DNA of 64,000 nucleotides from Eledone cirrhosa (Eukaryota): NCBI GenBank assembly GCA_964016885.1, contig OZ024741.1:386384001-386448000 (forward strand), given 5' to 3'. Below the pieces are notes generated by a model, which searched no databases, was not told the DNA's origin, and worked only from the letters and a program-made list of their open reading frames with translations. Within the stretch, counting starts at the first letter, position 1; every line of letters starts with the position of its first letter. Made by a program: the position numbers and the translations under genes. Positions 37,911 through 53,415 of the stretch are shown in pieces.

Positions 37911-40900
37911 TATTGTTATACTTGGGGAGGGTCATATTTGTGTAATAATATTGCCAGAATTAATAACAGAACACACTCACTGTTTGGTTGGTTTTCGCTC
38001 CTGTGTCTTTTATATCGGTTAATTTAATTTATTCGGTCCTCAATGTTACTATTGACAGACCAACGGTCAAAAATACAGATACAATATAGACACAAACACA
38101 TATATATAGTCTAACAAAGTTCTTTTGTTGCACATCTGCAACATCGTCAGTGGTGCTATTATGTTTCCTCCTGTTGTATTGTATGCCTACGCCATCTTTA
38201 TTTAGTCTGTTTATTTATTTTTTTGTCTTCTTTGCGCATGCGTTTGCGTGTGTGTATAGTGTTTGATGTGTGTTCGTGTTTGGGTGACTGTGTATTGGTT
38301 ATTGTATTCTATCTTAGTTTACTAGTGTGTGTTTATATGTGTTTGTTGTTATTGTGCTTGTGTATGTATTTATTTATTTATTTATACTTCTCTTAGATCA
38401 GTATTGTTTGTTTGGGTGTTGTTGTTATTCCATTCATTTTTTCTGTTTAGCCTTGGCCTTCTAAGTTCTATTTCGCTGGCCTCTCTGATTTGCCTATCTG
38501 CTGGGTCATTTCTATGTTTAGATATTATTCTATTTTCTATGTTTAGATATTATTATAATTTCTATGTTGTCTATGTTACCGTCGCGTTGTTGTCTGGCAT
38601 GTTCGTATAGTACTGAACCGTTTTTTCGTCCTTTTAGTTCCCCCCAGTGTTGGTCTATCCTTTCACCTATGCTACGAGCTGTCTCGCCTATGTATGTGGT
38701 TGTCATGTTTCTGCAAGTACCCTCTGTACACATTATGCTATAGACTACGTTTCTAGTTTTACAGTTTATCCGGGGTTTACTTTACTTATAATACATTTCC
38801 TATTAGTACAGTGGGTTTTCTTAAAAGGGTAGGTTTTGTTGATCAGGGATTTTATGGTGGTTCCTGGCTTTTCTACCACCTTAATCTTTAAGTGGGTCTT
38901 TCTCAGGGCCTTTCTACACTGGTTAGCTAATTTCCCTCCAGGGGTAGCGTCCACAAACATGACACTGGTATCTCTGGTTGTCGTACCATGAGGTGGCGTT
39001 CCCTATCTTATGTCAAGTCCTATCTAAGCTATTCCATGTTTGCTCCTGTATAATAGACAAATTCCTTTCATGTCCAGTTCTATGGGGGTCTTATACTTCT
39101 CCGTGGCTCCTTCATATACTCTGATTCTGTCTCTTTGGTTGTAGCCAGAGAACTGCATGCGGTTGATGAAGTGTTGGATGTGTCTTTCCATTTCTGTTGG
39201 GTCGCACATGCGGGACACGTTCTTCATCACTCGTACCAAGTCTGCGATCAGAATATTAAAGTTAGCACTACTGGACATTGCTGAGTTTTTTAGTATCAGG
39301 TATTTGGAGGCCATGGGTTTAGCGTAGTGTGAGTGGAGAATTTGGGCTCTCTCGTCTATAGTGTTAATCCAGAGTTCCGTGTCTAATACAGGTAGTCTAT
39401 TGTTAGGGTGTTTGGAAGGGTAGTTGATAGTTACAGTTATACTCTGGTGTATGGAATTAGCTATCTGCTGGATGCATTCCATTGTGCTACGTTCTAAATC
39501 AAACTTGTTAGTACTATCTTGTGGGGATGTCGTTATTACTATATTGATGTCGTCTACGTAACGAGAGTACATGATGAGGTCTATGGAGCTCTCATCAAGG
39601 AGATCTTTGAGTCTCCTTTCCCACCATACCATAAAAAGGTTGGCAACGTCACCAGCTATCCTGACGCCAATGGCTGCTCCCTCATTTTGGGTGTAGATCT
39701 TCTCGTTGAATTTGAATATGTGGCCCTTTAGGGTAGTTTTGATACTAGCCCCTATTGCATGTGCGACCATTTTTCTTACCTGATCATTGTTGGGGGGGGG
39801 GGGGGGTCCGTATAGCTTTGGTCCACCCAATCAACCTTCCCATGGGAGTCTTTTTTACCATTGAGGTTATGGTGGGGGTCTACCTCTTATGGGTCTACTA
39901 TGGCTGTCTAGGTAGTCTGTGTCATAGGTAAGTCTAAGTAGGAGGCCCAGTTCGTCTATGTCGACGTCGCTGAACTCCACCTCACTCTCAATGATCATCT
40001 CCACACATTTTTCCACAGCAAAATCAATGTTAATGGATGGGTACAGTGATACCACATCCATACTGCCTATTATGCAGTTGGATAGGTTTTTGTTTTTGTT
40101 GCACTCACTGATTCTGCTGAGGAGGTCCTCTGTACTGTCACATACATCTGGGGACATCTTGATTATGGGGCGTATAACCATTGATAGGAAGTAGGAGATC
40201 CTGTAGTTGCTAGCTATATTAGCTCCGCATACAAGTCTTGTTGGTGGTCCTGTTGTCGAGTCGTCGACTGTCTTATGGTCTTTGCGGAGCCCATACAAGG
40301 GTGGTATGCCATTGTTAGACGCCTGGAAGTTGTTGGCAGTGCGTCTGCTTGGCTTTAGGATGTCGGTCCACATCATCATGTGAGCGTTGAGGATTTTCTC
40401 TCTCCCATCATGTATTTGCTGTGCAGTTTCGCTCGTGTTGGTGATGTGGGGTTGCATAGCTTTGATGTAGTTTGGCATGCTGTCTATTGACATCCTACCA
40501 GACTTATCCGTAGGTAGACATACTACCTCATCATCCCTTGTGCGCTGCTTGAGGCAAACCAAGCCTTCTACAGGTTGTTGGACCTCTGGTCTGCTTTGTC
40601 TCTTAGTATATCGATCCACTATTTGTCTAATCTTATTTCTAGCTATGGTGAACTGTGCCTCTGTCTCGTCATCTATTTGTTGTGATATACAAACCCTTTT
40701 ATTAAAGGGTAACCTCGTAGGATGGATATTACCCATCTTATATGTTTTGTCAGCTGGATTGAAGAATAGTTTCTCTAAGGGGTTGTCATTATATCTATCG
40801 TCATAGTTGTGTGTGTTGCTATTATTGTTATTATGGTGGTTGTTGTTGGTCCTATCATTAGCATTATTATTATTGTTATGATTGCTAGATGTATTGTTGT

Positions 40901-41495
40901 TGTTACTGTTATTTCTACCATTGTGATTGTTACTTTTATTATGTTTCTTGTTTTTGTTGTTGTTGTTGTTGTGTCTATCATTAATGTTGCTACATGTATT
41001 ATTTCTATTATTACCACTGTGGTTATTGTTGTTACTCGTATTATTACCATTATTTCTACTGTGGTCGCTGCTGCTGTGTCTGTAGTTAATGTTTCTATTA
41101 TTATTATTGTGGTTGTTGTTGTTGTTCTGTCTATCGTTAATATTATTACCATTATTACTATTTCTCACTCTCCTGCTATTGTTATTGTTATGACTATTAC
41201 TATTAAAGCTGTTATTTCTATACTCAGAGTTATTGTTTATATTACTGTTAGACTATATATATGTGTTTGTGTCTATACTGTATCTGTATTTTTGACCGTT
41301 GGTCAGTCAATAGCAACATTGAGGACTGAATAAATTAAATTAACCGATATAAAAGACACAGAAGCGAAAACCAACCAAACAGTGAGTGTGTTCTGTTATT
41401 AATTCTGGCAATATTATTACACAAATATGACCCTCCCCAAGTATAACAATATTTGTTTCGACACACGATTTCATATAAAAAAACCCACAAAACAC
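37911..41495 (-). mobile_element. Penelope-like element (RT + GIY-YIG) with inverted terminal segments
   Basis: ORFs: 39867-41168 (PPLYGLRKDHK, GSMDVVSLYPSI), 39024-39830 (GAAIGVRIAGDVANLFM, YSRYVDDI, LPVLDTELW), 38766-38960 (MFVDATPGGKLA), 38530-38733 (YIGETARSIGERIDQH). 37911-38115 is inverted at 41247-41452. A degenerate HHR lies at ~38110-38145. Confidence 0.87.
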
Positions 41496-41514
41496 TATAT
41501 ATATATATATATAT

Positions 41515-43980
<2,466 letters not shown>

Positions 43981-44539
43981 GTATGAATAAGATCTCAACA
44001 CACACAAATGCATGCTAAGGTTTCAAACTTCAACCAGCATAGGAGATCATCAGACCCACCCACTTTGAGGTCTCCCACCACTTTGAGATCTCCCACCCAC
44101 TTTGGGGTGGGTGAGAGATGTCTTCTCTTGTGAAAATAGGTATACGTTTCCTTATTTAAAATATCCCAATTTTGCCTCATTTCTCCCCGTTTGGGGCTTT
44201 TTCTTTCGTGGTACTCCCCGTTTGGGTTTTTAGAGATTGGAATGTCAGGGACATAAATATTTTCTGTCAGGTTTTGCCTGAAGATAACTAAACTGCCAGA
44301 CATAGAATGTTTATGTCCTATGCTTGTTGAAGTTTGAAACCTTAGGTAGCATGCATTTGGATTGAGTTCTTATGAATATAATATATTTTCGTTCTGTACA
44401 TTACATAGAGCGCTGTTTTGCGTTGATCTATTCTTCGGAAACTTTTGGCACTATGTGTATTTATATATACATATATATATATATATTAAGTAAGAATATT
44501 TTCGAAACAGCGAGTGGGTTTGAAATTATTAGAAATGTA

Positions 44540-44979
<440 letters not shown>

Positions 44980-45421
44980 TTCGTTGTTGCTTACTGCTAC
45001 TTTTTAGCACCAAAGCCAGCAGCGCGTCTGTAATATTCCCGCTTTTATTAGCGGCCAGTTCACGTGTGGGTCACTTTAACGGCCATAACTCATACAAGCT
45101 GGTAATTGGCAATATATTTGCAGGATGTGGGACTTGATCCTATAGAGTGGAAATAGTTATCTGATGAAATTTACTTTTCCGTTAGAAATTCTGTGAATTT
45201 CTAATGTTTTGTAAAGCGAAACCGACGGTAATAGCATTATGAACAGGTAGATATTTAAATCATTTTTTAATTTTTTAAAGGAATTGTTTAATGTTTGTTT
45301 ATTCTGCTCATCTCAATTTTTATAGATCTGGTATCTCAAATTAGTACCATCGAACAACAATTATATTATAGACACCCTATATACCTCTATGTGTACTTAG
45401 TACCCAGAGAGATATTTACCT

Positions 45422-45639
<218 letters not shown>

Positions 45640-48480
45640 AGTTATATTTTGGGATGGTCCTGTTGTCAATATTGTCAATAGAAACAATTACACACACACA
45701 CCACATAATTTTCATTTTATCTTTATTGTTCGTTATTCATTAGTTTATCAAAGTTCTTTCGTCACACATTCTTTGACATCTTCAATGACCATCTGTTTTG
45801 TGCCTCCTCTTTTTTCTGGTCTTAAACTGCTACTCCATTTTGTCTTTGTTTGTTTTGTGGTGCGCTTTTCGTGTTTCGTCTCTGCGCATGCGTCTCTCTG
45901 TGTGTATGTGATTTTGTGTTTGTTATGTCTATGTGTGTTTTACGTGAATTTGCATCTTTTGCTGTTTTGATGCGTGTGTTTCTTTCTATTGGCAACATTG
46001 GCAACAGTATCGGTTTCAACACACGATTTCATATCAAGAATCTTTCAGAACACACACATGTATTGTTACACACACACGCACACACACACGCACACACACA
46101 CACGCACACGCACAGGCACACACACACACACACACACACATATATTGCTATACTTCGGGATTGTCATGCTGCCAATTAGGACGCCCAATGCATGTAGTGT
46201 CCCTATACCATCCATCTATAACCCATCTTATAAGTCCTTTGACATGCAACGCATTTATCCGACGACATTATAGTTTACCAAACGTACCTATCTCCCATCA
46301 CAAGCCGATGATCTAACGGAGGCTCAATTAACAATAGCTAGGGTTAATCTTAGACAGATTCTGGAACAATATAATGGGAGACAGAATAGAATGTAACCCT
46401 AGCAACTTGGGAAAAAATCCGCAAATGGTTTGCGTAAGCTCACACATCGCTCGCGAAATGGAAAAATTGTATGCTTTCCAAAGGACAAGTCTGGCAGAAT
46501 GTCCGTAGGCAACCTGTCAAACTACATCCAGGCAATGCCAGCCAACATCATCAACACAAGAGAAGCAACACCACAAGAGCACGAAGTAAAATAAAAAAAA
46601 ACCTCAACGCTCACATGATGATGTGGTTTAGCATAATGCAACCAAACAAGCGTATTGCCAACAACCCCAGGACTGAAACAATGGCGTACCGACATTATAT
46701 GGGCTTCGCGAAGACTACAGAGCAAATAGTGACCCAGTCACAGGACATGCAGCATGACCAGTCTGTCAAGCCAACATTGTCTGTAGTTACTGCCAGTAAC
46801 TACAAACTTTCCTACTTCGTCTCCATGATCATACGCCCCATAATCGAAATGTCCCCAGACATATGTCACAGTACGGAGGAGCTTCTCAGCAGAATCAATG
46901 GATACGACATATCTGGGGACCTGGCAAGATGTACAATATGTAGTATGGAAATTATGTCCCTACACCCATCGATCGACGTTGATTTTGCTGTGGAAAAATG
47001 TGTAGAGATGATCAGCGAGAGCGATGTAGAATTCCGTGGGATTGATACAAATGAGCTGGAGCTCTTACTTAGGTTACAGAGGATAAGGATTATTAGATAC
47101 ACACGACCATATCCCCCCCCCTGTCCCACAAGGCCAGAGAGAGACAGACCACCTACCATTACTTAAATGGCCAAGAAGATACACATAAAAAGATGGAGCG
47201 GGTGGACCAGAGCCATAAAGACCCCTGAAAACTACAACCAAGTAAAGAAAATGATCGCACGTGCGGTGGGGGCCAGTATATGACCAACCCTTAAGTTCAA
47301 TGACAAAACATATGCACAAGAGGAGGAGAGACCATTGCTGGTGACATAGCTAACCTCTTTATGGTATGGTGTGACAGGAGACTTAAGGAACACTTAGATA
47401 AGAACTCTATAACCCTGACTATATACTCCCGCTACGTAGATGACATCAACGTCATAGTGAAAACACACCTGCAGGAGAACAGTCAGGAATTAGAGAACAC
47501 CATGAAAGCATCCAGCAAATAGCTAACTCCATCCCCAGAGTATTAAAGTTACTATAGACTACCCAACTAAATACCGCAACCATAGATTACCTGTATTAGA
47601 CACAGAACGCTGGTTAGAAACTATTAGTAATAAAACATAAATCCACCATTTTCCAAACCCATGACCTCCAAATACTCCACTAAAACCAGTCATTTCGGAT
47701 AACATGAAAGTCAACATACTAATCGCGGACTTAGTAAGAGTAATGAGAAATGTGTCGCGCATATGCAATCCTAAAGAATTAGGGAGACACATACAACACT
47801 TCATCCACTGCAAGCAGTTCTCTGGCTACAATCAGAGAGACATGATCAGGGTATATAAAGGAGCCAGGGCCAAATAGAAAAGAAATTGTAGAAAATGATG
47901 CGAAAGGGACTTGCCACATGTATAGGAGCAATCTTTGTAATAAGATAGACATAATTAATAATAATAATAATATAGTCAACTCGAGGTATGGCAGCAATAA
48001 ATACTAGAGTGTAATGTTCGTCAATGCAACCCCCAGAAGCGAACTAGCTTACAGATTTAGAAGAGCCATAGACAAACTAAAATTGAATATCAAGAGAGTT
48101 GAAAGACCAGGTATCCCTATAAAAGCCCTAATTAGTATAGCATATAAAAAAAAACCTGTGTTGATAGGAAATGTATAGTCTGTAAATTAAGCCCTCAAAT
48201 TAACTGCAAAACTAGGAACGTTGTATATAGCATAAGATGTATGGGGGGGACAGTGTAGGAATAGGAACACAACTTACATAGGTAAAACTACCCGTAGCAT
48301 AGGAGAAAGAATGAATGAACACTGGCGAGAACTCCAAGATAGGAAGAACTCATCAGTACTCCACCAACATGCCAAAATGGAACATGGGTGTACATTAGAG
48401 AACATAGAAATAAAGATCATATCCACACACAGAAAAGACGCAATACTCCGACAGATTACAGAAGCGACAAACATAAACGA
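45640..48480 (+). mobile_element. Decayed PLE of the same family as 37911-41495, with an inverted pLTR remnant upstream
   Basis: Fragments HMMMWFSIMQPNKR, SMEIMSLHPSI, YSRYVDDINV (~47425), VMFVNATP (~48010), YIGKTTRSIGERMNEH (~48275). The remnant at 45640-46050 includes a degenerate minus-strand HHR at ~45745-45790. Confidence 0.82.
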
Positions 48481-49398
48481 TATCTTATAATTTCTGGTCA
48501 ATCCGGCCTAATTTCGTTTTCCATTTTCTCTTCTCTTCTCTCTTTTCCCTCCTTTTTCTTCCCCGTTCCCTACCCACAATATATGAATCAAGTAGATTTT
48601 TTGACCAGCCTTAATCCTTCCTCTTTCTAAACTTTTCTTACAACTCTAATATTCTTCTCATTGGTTATTTGGATTGTAATCCCCCCCCCCCCCCGCTTAC
48701 AAATATTGTATCTATACTTGGTATATTTATTGTAATTCATGGTTTTATTCTTTTCTTTCTTTATTATCTTTATTATGTTTTGCTTTTACTAGTTTTGCTT
48801 ATTATTTCTATATATAATATGAATTAGAGTATATAAATTAATTCTTGCTTTACATATCGAGAGCTCATTCTTCTTTCGTAATACGGAATCACGTTCAAAT
48901 AACTACACTCAACTCCCATGATAACTCAACTCCCATTTTATATGAGGGGGCCACTATACGGGTTGTAATACAAAGTTGCTAGATACACAAAGTTACGATT
49001 TAAGAAGCTTAAGATTCTAACAAAATAAGCATAGTTTATGTTTTGAGTTCCTGTAATACTTTATAATAATCTGGTAGAAATAATCTTAAATTTCTCTGAT
49101 ATTTTCGTTTTCTTTAATATATTTTCTATTGTTTTATCTTAATAATTCTTTCTCGCGACCGCCTGTAAAATCAGGCCCTATTTTTACTCCTTTTTTTCTT
49201 CTCGTATTATAATTATTTTTAGAATAAATATAAAAAAGAATGAATAAATAAAGAGATAAAGAATTCAGTATTTTTTAAAAATATTAAATGTACTTATTTC
49301 AACTAGCGTTTCTCTCAATGGTGTTTGATACGTACGGCAGGATTGTTGTTATAAAGAAGTTTTGGCTATATTGTAAGTCATTTTAGAATTTTCTCGGG

Positions 49399-49451
<53 letters not shown>

Positions 49452-49547
49452 ACCAGGTGGACCATAATGCACCAGAGTACTCAATACTTAGGGTATATAG
49501 GAAAAGTGTCAGGACCCTGACGGCTGAGCTCCGGCCGTTTCGGACAG

Positions 49548-49595
<48 letters not shown>

Positions 49596-49609
49596 GTTAT
49601 AGAATTATA

Positions 49610-49685
<76 letters not shown>

Positions 49686-49691
<6 letters not shown>

Positions 49692-50295
49692 TATGTATAC
49701 GTACATACATATATGTATACAGACGTACAGTAGTATGTATAATCATACATACATGCACACATATATATATGTACGTATGGATTTCCCGAACATTTATTAT
49801 AATGCTCGGTGTGTTTGTAAACAAACATCCCGAATTAAGCCGTAGTGTCTAGCAACCATCGTTGCTCTTTTGTTCAACACTGACAAAGGAACGATGTACT
49901 AGTTTCAAGCTTATTAACTATCGCCAGATGATTGAACGTCTGAAAGTATATACTTTCTTTATGCATATTAACGGCTGAGCAGCCTAATTTGCATATCGAG
50001 TGAGTTAATCGGCCGGGCGCACCGAAAACGATAAACGGAAAAAATGAAACGAAATTTCATTTCTCACTCTTAGTACGGCTGTTACTTAAATATAAGTATG
50101 TACAAACACACCGAGCATTATAATAAATGTTCGGTAAATCCATACGTACATATATATATATGTGCATGTATGTATATATATATATATATATATACATACT
50201 ACTGTACGTCTGTATACATATATGTATGTACGTATACATACTTATATTTAAGTAACAGCCGTACTAAGAGTGAGAAATGAAATTTCGTTTCATTT
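49686..50295. mobile_element. Decayed relative of the 41.5-kb retrozyme-like unit (~405 bp) with inverted partial copy
   Basis: Shares GGAACGATGTACTAGTTTCAAGCTT and GGCTGAGCAGCCTAATTTGCATATCGAGTGAGT. The unit wraps to its start at ~50090 and is inverted at 50100-50295. The HHR core is damaged (CTGGCGA, with stem I 5' strand deleted). Confidence 0.7.
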
Positions 50296-50555
50296 TTTCT
50301 CCTTTATATATATGTATGTTGCTTGTTTTTCTTCCCATCTTCGGTTAGCTTTTCCTTCTTGTTGTTTACTTGTCTCACTCGCTTTACGCGTTTCACTTGT
50401 CCCAATAGCTTATTTTAGTTATTGCTCGCACCAACCTGAGGTATATGATTTTTAATGCGATGAAATACCAATGATCGTTGGCAAATCACTGATGAGGGAC
50501 TAATTTTATAATATGTAATCCATGTGCAACCATGCAGTATTCTTCTCCCCATGTT

Positions 50556-50612
<57 letters not shown>

Positions 50613-52194
50613 TGTGTGTGTGTGTGTTCCGGTATCAATACATATTTAATATGTATGGTCATTATGTTCCTCAACAAATAAGCTCAATGGACCTAAATAT
50701 CTGTCGAGAGCTGAGAGTTTGTTTAAATCTCTATTCCACATGGTGTCATAAAAAAAGTTTAATGGCCAGGGCAGATATAAACAGGAGTGGACGTGTTATG
50801 GGCTAGAAAGAACTCTGAAGTACCAGTCCTAGTTGAAGCAACTCAACAGATTAATAAATTTGGAGTAGTTATATACTATGTTAAGGCATCAATACATATT
50901 TACTATGTATCATGGTCATGTTTCTCAATAGATAAGCTCAACGGATATTCGTTCTGAGCATCAAAACTTCAAATTGAAAAGATATATGTTGAGAGAGAAA
51001 GAATCATATATTGTTTGAGAAACACATAGTGAATATAGACCGTGGGTGTCATCAGAATTTAATTAAAATACCGATACAAGTAACCCAGGAAAAACATTAG
51101 AACAGATAATATATATATCACTCATCAAAGTATCACGATACAAGTTTACAGTTAGAAATACAGTTAAAAAACCTCGTAGTCAGAATAAGGAATGAGTAGC
51201 AAAGCACTCAATAAGGGTAGGTTCTCAGAGTAATAACATTACGTTTAGATAGCTTGACAAATTGAAAATTGCGGCAGGCAAAACCCAACCATACAATACC
51301 AAAACAACGAAAGAACTAATCAGGTTAGACAACCGACCTGGACAAATCGAACGATATTCTGCAATACGTCCGATATGTTTCTATGAAACCCGAAATCATC
51401 AATCTAACTTGCGTAACACGTAAGCTTGTGGTATTCTATGATCGAACAGGGGACTCACTTCATCGACATGTATTTCGTTCTAGGCCTCAAACCGGTGTGA
51501 ACTGTAACTCAATGCGACCGTTACAATAGACAGCCTTCAGTCATTTCGTTGTCACGTGTTATTTCCAACGAGTAAATTCAATGGAAAATAATTCCGTTCA
51601 ATATTCCGAATAAAAGTTCTCAACTAGATGTTATTAAACAAACATAAATAATTAACCAATCAACAGAAATGTCTAATTAAATTAATTAATTAATTATTAG
51701 ATCTAGGAGATAATAATACACGTGGTAGCAAAACCCAACCATACAATACCAATATATATATAGGGTTATAATAAGTAATATAAGTAACTTTTTATATTCT
51801 GATTGCTTTTGTATCTGTAATATGTATTATATTATATAATTATATTGTTTTTCTGTAATATTCTTGTATAAGTGAGCTCTGGAACGGTTTGTTCGAGTCT
51901 TCCATTGAGCTTTTATAGAACAACGAAATCAAGATTTTTTTATTTCGATTTATTTTTTATATTTAAGAAAAAGATTTTGTCAGTGATTCGTTTCGTCAGA
52001 CTGTGAGTTCTATCAACCATAGACACCTGTTATATATTCGGATATATTCTGTGAATGGTGTGTGTAATAATTGCCATGTAGACAAGCTTTTTAAAGTAGC
52101 AGAATTTGAACGAATGAAAAAATGAATTGCAAAGTATAAATTATTCTTAATTGGAGCTAGAATGTTTTAGTGGAGGAATAAATATAAAAGTAAA

Positions 52195-52520
52195 AGGTGA
52201 TGAGGGAGGTGGTGGTGGAAATACAATGATAGTGATATTGGTGGTGGTGATGATGGTGATGATGGTGATGATGGTGGTGGTGGTGGAAATACGATGATAG
52301 TGATATTGGTGGTGGTGATGATGGTGATGATGATGGTGATGATGATGATGGTGGTGGTGGTGATGATGGGAATAATAATGATGATGGTGATATTAGTGGT
52401 GGTGATGGTGGAAATAACAATAATGATGTTGGTGGTGGCGATGGTGTTTGTGGTGGTTGTGATGATGGGGATGATGGTGATGGTGGTGATATTGTTTGTG
52501 GTGGTTGTGATGATGACGAC
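52195..52520. repeat. (GGT/GAT)n compound microsatellite
   Basis: Direct inspection. Confidence 0.8.
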
Positions 52521-52801
52521 TCACGAGAAAAACATTCTATAGCAACTTTTTGAAAAGATATTTTCAGTCGCTAAAAAAATAGAAAATTAAAAAAAATTGG
52601 TTTTTGATAAGTGGGTTAAATAATACACTGACATTAATATATATTTATTTCAGATATATATCTGCATAACAAAATATATATTTCTCAAAATTTATCAAGA
52701 TGTACTTTCCTGGAAGAAGTTTTAATTCGCTCGATAAATTCATATAAAAATATCAAATTTTTTAGCGTTAATAATGTAAATAATGCGACAGTGGTATACA
52801 A

Positions 52802-52858
<57 letters not shown>

Positions 52859-52959
52859 TGTATATATGTATATGTATGTGAAAGTGTAATATGTATTATA
52901 TATTAAATAGTCATTTTTTAACATGTGTACTATTTGTTTTCAAGTATCTCGTTGTTTAC

Positions 52960-53034
<75 letters not shown>

Positions 53035-53214
53035 AACAGAAATAACAAAGCAAACGACACAGTACAATGACGAAATATATATATATATATATATATAGTT
53101 AGATAGATAAGATGTTACTAATTAAGACTAATGAGACCATTTTTCAATTTAGTGCTCCATACTTAAGGAAAGTGGAGTGTAGATACTATCCGGTGAATTG
53201 ACACTATCGATAGA

Positions 53215-53410
53215 GCGGTGGGCAACATATTTTGCAACGTATAGTTACGACCTTTTACGTTCTGAGTTCAAATCAAGCCGAAGTTAGCTTTGCCTTTCAT
53301 CCTTACGTGGTCGATAATATAAAGTACCAGTAACGCACTAGGGTCGATTTAATCAACTTTCTTCTTCCCTTCAAATCTGTGGCCTTGTGCCAAACGTAGA
53401 AACAATTATT
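53215..53410 (+). mobile_element. Family A SINE whose 3' tail is the insertion site of the 469-bp array
   Basis: Core and tail GGCCTTGTGCCAAACGTAGAAACAATTATT. Confidence 0.75.
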
Positions 53411-53415
53411 ACAAT

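Noticed and set aside
50485-50525. CTGATGA followed by a GGGA…TCC hairpin
   Set aside because: There is no GAAA core after stem II.
51100-51750. Possible decayed PLE endonuclease region (similar hints at 63200-63560)
   Set aside because: Too degenerate to support from the sequence alone.
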